DNA of 54,247 nt from Planctomycetota bacterium (GTDB lineage: Bacteria; Planctomycetota; Planctomycetia; JALXBF01), in the NCBI GenBank assembly GCA_026991575.1, contig JALXBF010000109.1, positions 1-54,247 of the forward strand. The letters are read 5' to 3'. The notes under the pieces are model-generated. The model was not told the origin of the DNA and made no database searches. It was given only the letters and a program-made list of their open reading frames with translations. The translations under genes and the position numbers were made by a program. Of the stretch, positions 48,605 to 54,247 are shown piece after piece. How positions within the stretch are numbered: the stretch's first letter is position 1; the number at the start of each line of letters is the position of its first letter.

Positions 48605-49453
48605 ATGAAGCGAACGTTCTGGCCGCTGTCACTTGTTGCTGGAGCTGTTATCTTTGGCTTGTTCGTGTCGCCCGTGTTCGCCCAGCAGTTCACGGCGGCG
48701 AAGGTGTTGGAGGGGCTGATCCCCGACGAGGCGAACCCGATCGTGGCGATCCTGCGCCGCGGTGGGGTCCTGATGTATCCGATCCTCGGCTGTTCGATCC
48801 TCCTCGTTGCGGTCGCGCTGGAGCGGCTGATTGCCCTGCGGCGCGCGCGTGTGATTCCACAGCCGTTCGTGGACCGCTTCCTGGCCGATCTGCGTGAAGG
48901 CCTCTTGGACCGGGACGCGGCGCTGTTGCGGTGCCGCAGCGACGGCAGCCCTGTCGCACGTGTTCTGGAGCACGCGGTCCGCCGCTGGGGGCGACCGGCC
49001 GTGGAGATCCAGCAGTCGGTCGCCGAAGGGGGGCAGCGCGAAGTGCTCGAACTGCGCCGGAATCTACGTGTGATCAACGGCATCTCGACCGTGGCACCGC
49101 TGCTCGGCCTCCTTGGCACAGTGATCGGCATGATTCGCTGCTTTGCCGAAGTGGCCGCTCAGACCGACGCCATGGGTAAGCCCGAGGCGCTGGCCCAGGG
49201 CATCTACGTGGCGCTGTACACGACCGCGTTCGGTCTGAGCGTCGCGATCCCAGCACTGATCGTGTACTACTACTTCCTCGGGCGGGTGGATCGGCTGGTG
49301 GCCGAGATCGACGCGCTGGCTCAAGAGGTGATCGAGCTGGTTGCCGGCGACGGGGCGGTTGCGCCGGTACGGGGGATCGTGCCGGCCGACGGTGATCATC
49401 GGCCTCAGGTGCGTACCGCCAAGACGGTCCACTCCGCACGACAGAGCGCGTGA
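48605..49453 (+). CDS. exbB: MotA/TolQ/ExbB proton channel protein
   Basis: GGVLMYPI, APLLGLLGTVIGMI, GIYVALYTTAFGLSVAIP. Confidence 0.93.
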   Translation: MKRTFWPLSLVAGAVIFGLFVSPVFAQQFTAAKVLEGLIPDEANPIVAILRRGGVLMYPILGCSILLVAVALERLIALRRARVIPQPFVDRFLADLREGLLDRDAALLRCRSDGSPVARVLEHAVRRWGRPAVEIQQSVAEGGQREVLELRRNLRVINGISTVAPLLGLLGTVIGMIRCFAEVAAQTDAMGKPEALAQGIYVALYTTAFGLSVAIPALIVYYYFLGRVDRLVAEIDALAQEVIELVAGDGAVAPVRGIVPADGDHRPQVRTAKTVHSARQSA

Positions 49454-49482
49454 CGCGAACTTCCAGCGGGAGCAGCCGGGCG

Positions 49483-49935
49483 ATGTTGTCGGGAACCCAG
49501 CAAGACGACCTGCCCACGCTGAACATGACCCCCCTGATCGACATGGTCTTCCTGTTGATCATCTTCTTCCTCGTGGGTACACGATTCGAACAGTACGAGA
49601 ACGAACGCAGGCTGGACCTGCAGGTGCCCGAGGTCGCAGCGGCCCGTCCCATGGTGTCCGCACCGTCGCAGTTGGTGATCGAAGTGACACGCGACGGGAC
49701 GATCCGCTGGGCAGGTTCGCCTGTGTCGCTTCCAGAGCTGGCGAAGCGCCTGGCCGAAGCGTTGCAGGACGATCCAGACCGTGCTGTGCTCATCCGGGGC
49801 GACGGCCGCGCAACGCTACAGCCGGTGGCTGACGTGCTCAGCATCTGCCAGCAGCAGGGCGTGCGCCACCTTGGTGTGAGCGTGCGCGAGCGGCGGCAAC
49901 GGCCCGAGCGGTTACAGGAGCAGCGGTCGGAGTAA
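49483..49935 (+). CDS. exbD: ExbD/TolR protein
   Basis: LNMTPLIDMVFLLIIFFLV (conserved Asp); VLIRGD. Confidence 0.93.
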   Translation: MLSGTQQDDLPTLNMTPLIDMVFLLIIFFLVGTRFEQYENERRLDLQVPEVAAARPMVSAPSQLVIEVTRDGTIRWAGSPVSLPELAKRLAEALQDDPDRAVLIRGDGRATLQPVADVLSICQQQGVRHLGVSVRERRQRPERLQEQRSE

Positions 49936-49939
49936 CGCG

Positions 49940-52420
49940 ATGACAAACCTGGTAGCGGTCCTGGTGTGGCTCCTGCTCCTGGTGATCGTCGTGGGTCTGA
50001 GCCTGCTGCTCTGGACCCGGTGGGGCCAGTACCGGCCGTTCGCCAAGTGCCTGGGGCTGTCGATCGTGTTGCACGCGGCGCTGCTGCTGTTCGGCAGCAC
50101 AGTTGAGCTTGCCCACCGCCTCAAGCAGCCTGAAGAGCATCCCGAGGAGGTCGTCTGGCTGGAACGGGTGGAGACGGAGGCGATCGATGAGTTCGTCGGG
50201 CTAGGCGGCGACGCCCCCCTGAATGAGCCGTGGGATCGGCTCACGCCCGCGCGTGACCTGACCAGTCCGGAACTGGACTACACGCCGCCGACCGTCACGC
50301 CCCCTCAGCCGACGCGCGCACGGCGTGAACCGGTGGTGATGGATCGGTCGCGGCCTCTGCCGGACTCCCCGAACCCCATCGACCAGACTGCTGACCCCGA
50401 GTTGCTGGCCAGGAGGGAGCGGATCCGTCCGGAGCAGCTTCTGCCTAACGCGACGCTCACTCCCGGCGTGCCGGACGTTACGGACCGGGCTACCATGCCG
50501 CCCATGCCGGTCAGCGGACCGCTGACAGCACCGGAAACGGTGCAGCACATGCCTCGACTGCCCCGGCGCGGGACTGAGCTGACGCTGGATTCGCCCGTCG
50601 GGTTGCCTGATCCGCAGCTGCGGATCGAGCCTCATGAGCTCAGCGAGCCGGTGGCCCGCCGCGACCTCAGTCGTCAGCCATCGGCCGGTCCACCGGCGCT
50701 GGCCGATGAGCTACCGCTTCGGCCCGAAGTGCCTGAGCAAGCGGAGCACGCACCCGCTCCGAGCAGCCGTGCACAGGGCTTGGTCACCGCTGACCCCCTG
50801 CCGCAACAGCCGGTCGCGGAAGCGGGCATGCGGAAGCGTACCCGACGTTCAGGGCGACAGCGCCTCGAACGCCTGGCCGCCAAGGCCTCCATACCAGACG
50901 TGGTTTCGATTGAGCGGACCAACCCGAAGGTGGCCGGATTCGGCGAGCGGCCGGCCACCGCTGCACGCAGGGATGCGGCCGAGCAGGGCAGTGGCATTCC
51001 CAGGGAGGCGAGCCGAACAGGGCTGAGTCCCGAGGTGGCGGAAACTGCTCGCCGTGTGCCACAGCAAGATCGGCTCCGGCAGATGCCGACGGCTGGATTG
51101 CTGGGGCCGACGTCCCATGCGGCGGCTGGAACCGGCCAGCGGCCGGTGCGGCGCCGGTTGCAGTCCCGGCCGGGGTTGCGACGGCTGGACGAACGGCTTA
51201 CTGCCCGACCGCTGCCGGCGGTGAGTGAGCCGGAGGAGGTGGTCGGCCATGGCATTCCGGCACGCTCCAAGGCCGCACTGGCCGCCGTGCCAAGCGAGCT
51301 GCGTCTGAGGGTCAGTCCGCAGCGACGCGAGATTCTGCTGCGCCGCGGTGGTTCGCCGGAGACAGAGCAGGCGGTGGAAGCTGCGCTGGCCTGGCTGGCA
51401 GCGCACCAGAGCGCCGATGGTCGGTGGGATGCGGACGGGTTCGCGGCAGCTTGCCCCAAGGTCCAGCCCTGTGGCGGTGAGGGGACGCTGGCGCAGGGGG
51501 ACACGGCGATCACTGGCCTGGCGCTCCTGGCATTCCTCGGGGCGGGACACACCCACCAGGGCGGACCGTATGCGGAAACGGTCGCGGCCGGGCTCAGATG
51601 GCTCGTTGCACAGGAGACGGGCGATGGAGATGTGCGGGGCGGGGGCCGGATGTACGCCCAAGGAATTGCCACGATCGCGCTGTGCGAAGCGTACGCGCTG
51701 AGCCGCGATCCGGCATTGCGGGCGCCAGCACAGCGGGCCGCACTGTTCGTGGCTCGGGCGCAGAACCCGGCCACGGGCGCCTGGCGATACCAGCCGCAGG
51801 CCGTAATCGGCGACACGAGTGTCTTCGGCTGGCAGCTCCTAGCACTACGCTCCGCGAAGTTGGCCGGGTTTGAGATCCCGGCGGTCGTCTGGCAGCGGGC
51901 ACGCGCGTGGTTGCCGCGCGTAAGCTGGGGCAAGGCCGGAGGACTGGCCTCGTACCTGGAACGGTCCGTCGACCGCCATGGCCCCACGCCGCCGATGACC
52001 GCCGAAGCGCTGGCGTGCCGCCTCTTTCTCGGAGCCGCACCTGAGGACCCGCAGGTCCAGGAAGCGGTTGCCTACCTGTTGGAAAACCTGCCCGACTACC
52101 GCCTGCGAAACGTCTACTACTGGTACTATGCGTCCCTGTCCTTGTCGCAGGTCGGGGGGCGGCCGTGGCAGCTTTGGAACGAGCAGATGAAAGCAATCTT
52201 GCTGCGCACGCAGCGACGTAGCGGCCACGCCAAAGGCAGTTGGGACCCTGCATACAACGTGGCGTGGGACACCGTAGGGGGCCGAATCTACACAACCGCC
52301 CTGAGCACACTGTGCCTGGAGGTCTATTACCGCTACGCCTACCAGGAGCCGCTGGTGGCCACGCCGTCCGCTCAGAAGAGTCCCGCGACTGCCCGGACCG
52401 CCCGCCGCGACGAGCGCTAG
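49940..52420 (+). CDS. Membrane-anchored protein with TonB/TolA-like SxxxH helix, Pro-rich linker and C-terminal prenyltransferase/squalene-cyclase-repeat (alpha/alpha barrel) domain
   Basis: Two TMs (LSIVLHAALL); ~400-aa P/R/E-rich linker; ALAWLAAHQSADGRW, TGLALLAFLGAG, AQNPATGAWRY, YYWYYA, GGRIYTTAL..LEVYYRY. Confidence 0.8.
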   Translation: MTNLVAVLVWLLLLVIVVGLSLLLWTRWGQYRPFAKCLGLSIVLHAALLLFGSTVELAHRLKQPEEHPEEVVWLERVETEAIDEFVGLGGDAPLNEPWDRLTPARDLTSPELDYTPPTVTPPQPTRARREPVVMDRSRPLPDSPNPIDQTADPELLARRERIRPEQLLPNATLTPGVPDVTDRATMPPMPVSGPLTAPETVQHMPRLPRRGTELTLDSPVGLPDPQLRIEPHELSEPVARRDLSRQPSAGPPALADELPLRPEVPEQAEHAPAPSSRAQGLVTADPLPQQPVAEAGMRKRTRRSGRQRLERLAAKASIPDVVSIERTNPKVAGFGERPATAARRDAAEQGSGIPREASRTGLSPEVAETARRVPQQDRLRQMPTAGLLGPTSHAAAGTGQRPVRRRLQSRPGLRRLDERLTARPLPAVSEPEEVVGHGIPARSKAALAAVPSELRLRVSPQRREILLRRGGSPETEQAVEAALAWLAAHQSADGRWDADGFAAACPKVQPCGGEGTLAQGDTAITGLALLAFLGAGHTHQGGPYAETVAAGLRWLVAQETGDGDVRGGGRMYAQGIATIALCEAYALSRDPALRAPAQRAALFVARAQNPATGAWRYQPQAVIGDTSVFGWQLLALRSAKLAGFEIPAVVWQRARAWLPRVSWGKAGGLASYLERSVDRHGPTPPMTAEALACRLFLGAAPEDPQVQEAVAYLLENLPDYRLRNVYYWYYASLSLSQVGGRPWQLWNEQMKAILLRTQRRSGHAKGSWDPAYNVAWDTVGGRIYTTALSTLCLEVYYRYAYQEPLVATPSAQKSPATARTARRDER

Positions 52421-52670
52421 CGCGGAATCCCGGCGTCGACCCAGTTCGAACGCATTCGGTGCCGAATGCAACAGCATGCCCGCCGTGCGGTACCCTGACC
52501 GGGAAGGCAGCCGCAATCCAGAGGTCAGCTGTAGCGAGCAAGCGTTGGGCTGCTGGTGCCGCCCCCCCGTGGAATAGTCCCGGTCAAAGCGGGAAGAGCC
52601 TCAGTGGTCGTGAGCGTGACGGCCGGCGGCAGAGAGGGGTCGTGGTGGTCGGGCGAGGGCAGGCCAGTGG

Positions 52671-53042
52671 CTAAGGTACATCGCTGACCGGATCGGCGGC
52701 CGTCGTGGTCTGCTGACGGCCCTCGTCACCTGGCTGGCCGTCGCGTCTGCTTTCCGTTTGCTGGGCTGCTTTGCCTGACGGGGCGTCTGCTTCCTTCTCC
52801 TCTTCTTCGTCAGGCAGCTCGAACTTCGGTGCTGTCGGCTCCTCACGCTCAGTTGGAGCAGGGACATACCCGACCGGCTCGGACTCGTAGCTGTCCGCGT
52901 TCCATTCGTTCAGGCCCTTCTTGAATTCCGTGATGCCCCGGCCCAGCGAGCGAGCCACTTCCGGCAGGCGCTTGCCGAACAGTAGCACCGCGATGAACAG
53001 GATGATTACCATCTCCCACGGGCCAGGACTGAAACCGAACAT
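52671..53042 (-). CDS. tatA: Twin-arginine translocase TatA/TatE subunit with long acidic tail
   Basis: GPWEMVIILFIAVLLFGKRLPEVARSLGRGITEFKKG. Confidence 0.92.
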   Translation of the reverse strand: MFGFSPGPWEMVIILFIAVLLFGKRLPEVARSLGRGITEFKKGLNEWNADSYESEPVGYVPAPTEREEPTAPKFELPDEEEEKEADAPSGKAAQQTESRRDGQPGDEGRQQTTTAADPVSDVP

Positions 53043-53096
53043 CACCCTCTCTCCCGGAAACTTGCGCTGCCTGGGGTGGGGAACTGCTCAGAATGG

Positions 53097-53315
53097 CTAC
53101 GTTTGCTTCTGTTCGGCGTGCTCAACCTTGCCCGCGTTCTCAATCTCCTCCTCGATGCCCTGCATGCCCTTCTTGAACTCGGTCACGCTGCGGCCCAGCG
53201 AGCGCATCACGCTGGGCAACCGGTTCCCGAACAGCAGCAGCATGATGAACGCGATGAGGAGCAGCTCGTAGCCGCCCGGCATGCCGAAGATTGCCAACAT
53301 CGACGAACCGAACAT
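53097..53315 (-). CDS. tatA: Twin-arginine translocase TatA/TatE subunit
   Basis: GGYELLLIAFIMLLLFGNRLPSVMRSLGRSVTEFKKG. Confidence 0.92.
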   Translation of the reverse strand: MFGSSMLAIFGMPGGYELLLIAFIMLLLFGNRLPSVMRSLGRSVTEFKKGMQGIEEEIENAGKVEHAEQKQT

Positions 53316-53357
53316 GAGGTCCACTCCCACTTGCCGGCAGCTGCTGCGCCGGCCAGT

Positions 53358-53582
53358 TCACGGTCGGGTGTGCCATCTAATCCAGTATACGAGAGCGAGC
53401 ATGACGACGAAAACGGCCCCGCCAATCCAGCTCCGGTACCGCTGAAACCACGGGCGGTACACGCGGTAGAACCAGGTGTTTCGAAACAGGCGATAGGTGA
53501 GCGGTCCGACGATGGGGAGCCGCTCGCCAAACAAGAGCAGCCCGAGTACCACGACCAGGCACAGCTCCCACTTGCCTGCCAT
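53358..53582 (-). CDS. Divergent TatA-like protein with a second, C-terminal TM helix
   Basis: MAGKWELCLVVVLGLLLFGERLP matches the TatA TM-hinge; then an aromatic/basic amphipathic stretch and WIGGAVFVVMLALVYW; first gene of the tatA run. Confidence 0.6.
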   Translation of the reverse strand: MAGKWELCLVVVLGLLLFGERLPIVGPLTYRLFRNTWFYRVYRPWFQRYRSWIGGAVFVVMLALVYWIRWHTRP

Positions 53583-53767
53583 CGCCAGAGGCAGGTCGCA
53601 GGCACCTGAGCTCTGCAGATAGTGGGTGGGCTGCTGTGGCATGGCCGCTCCACGTGTGCTCGCCGTTTCATTCTAAGCCGGTGTCTCTGGCACGCGGGCT
53701 GTGCCCGGCCGCACACCGCTGCGCCAGCACGTCACGCCGTCCGCGACCCTCTGGCCAGGATGCCACC

Positions 53768-53796
53768 TTGACGTACCGAACAAATCGTCGTAACCT
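53768..53796 (+). promoter_or_regulatory. sigma70 promoter TTGACG-N17-TAACCT upstream of the SQR-like gene
   Basis: 5/6 -35, optimal spacer, TAnnnT -10. Confidence 0.5.
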
Positions 53797-54012
53797 TTCG
53801 ATACAACGATATTGGGTCGCCATGCCGCTGCTCCAGGACTTGAGTGCCTGGCAGGGCGGTGGCACGCTGTGTGCTATTAGCCTGGCGCGGGGGCGCGGCC
53901 TGACGCTTGGGCCGACGACGCAGCGGAAGCCCTTAGTGCCGTGCTCCGCCGCGAGACTCAGTGCTCTGAAGGCAGCAGCAGCGCTAGGCCTGTGATGGCC
54001 GGGAGGTGGATC

Positions 54013-54247
54013 ATGGCGGGCAGACCGAAAGTCCTGGTGCTCGGCGGCGGCTTCGGTGGTCTGGAAGCAGCCTTCTACCTGCGCTGGAAGCTACGCGATC
54101 AGGTCGACCTGACGCTGGTCAACGATACCGAGAACTTTGTGTTCCGGCCGAATACGATCTACATCCCGTTTGGCGAGCCGCCTGAGAAGTTCCTGATTCC
54201 GTTAAGCAAGCCGGCGGACCGCCAGAAGATCGAGCTGGTTGTCGACC
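54013..54247 (+). CDS. FAD-dependent pyridine nucleotide-disulfide oxidoreductase, sulfide:quinone oxidoreductase-like (5' part, truncated by the window end)
   Basis: GGAGG RBS; translation MAGRPKVLVLGGGFGGLEAAFYL..DLTLVND..FVFRPNTIYIPFG; not in the ORF track because it has no stop in the window. Confidence 0.75.
   Translation, partial: MAGRPKVLVLGGGFGGLEAAFYLRWKLRDQVDLTLVNDTENFVFRPNTIYIPFGEPPEKFLIPLSKPADRQKIELVVD

Overview
GC-rich bacterial chromosomal segment (roughly two-thirds G+C by eye, not computed). Gene content points to a non-anammox Planctomycetota member (class Planctomycetia-like): large secreted TPR proteins, a TPR-ExbB-ExbD-prenyltransferase-repeat cluster, planctomycete-type hypothetical proteins and a dnaA not linked to dnaN. 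Most of the window is housekeeping: pepP, PP2C phosphatase, nfo, amidase, guaB, dapF, prolyl oligopeptidase, mdh, dnaA, cbiET, ECF sigma/anti-sigma/HtrA-like genes, nnrE and tatA genes. The standout is a heme-rich module at about 36.2-45.1 kb. It has a hydrazine-synthase-like operon (fused beta-gamma-like gene followed by an alpha-like gene with an extra heme domain) converging on a NapC/NirT tetraheme plus a 7-heme HAO-family cytochrome. Both promoters carry a similar 16-bp palindrome, and a second stand-alone beta-gamma-like paralog lies at 12.5-14.4 kb. Several residues that define anammox HZS/HAO catalysis appear changed, which suggests related but different chemistry. Other notable signals are an unannotated ~120-nt sRNA candidate with its own promoter and terminator (23.8-23.9 kb), a cluster of ~50-bp palindromic repeats in the first 720 bp, a third TatA-like gene with an extra C-terminal TM helix, and an HtrA-like protein lacking two catalytic residues. 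No rRNA, tRNA, CRISPR array or transposase was seen. All family assignments come from motif recognition, not database searches.
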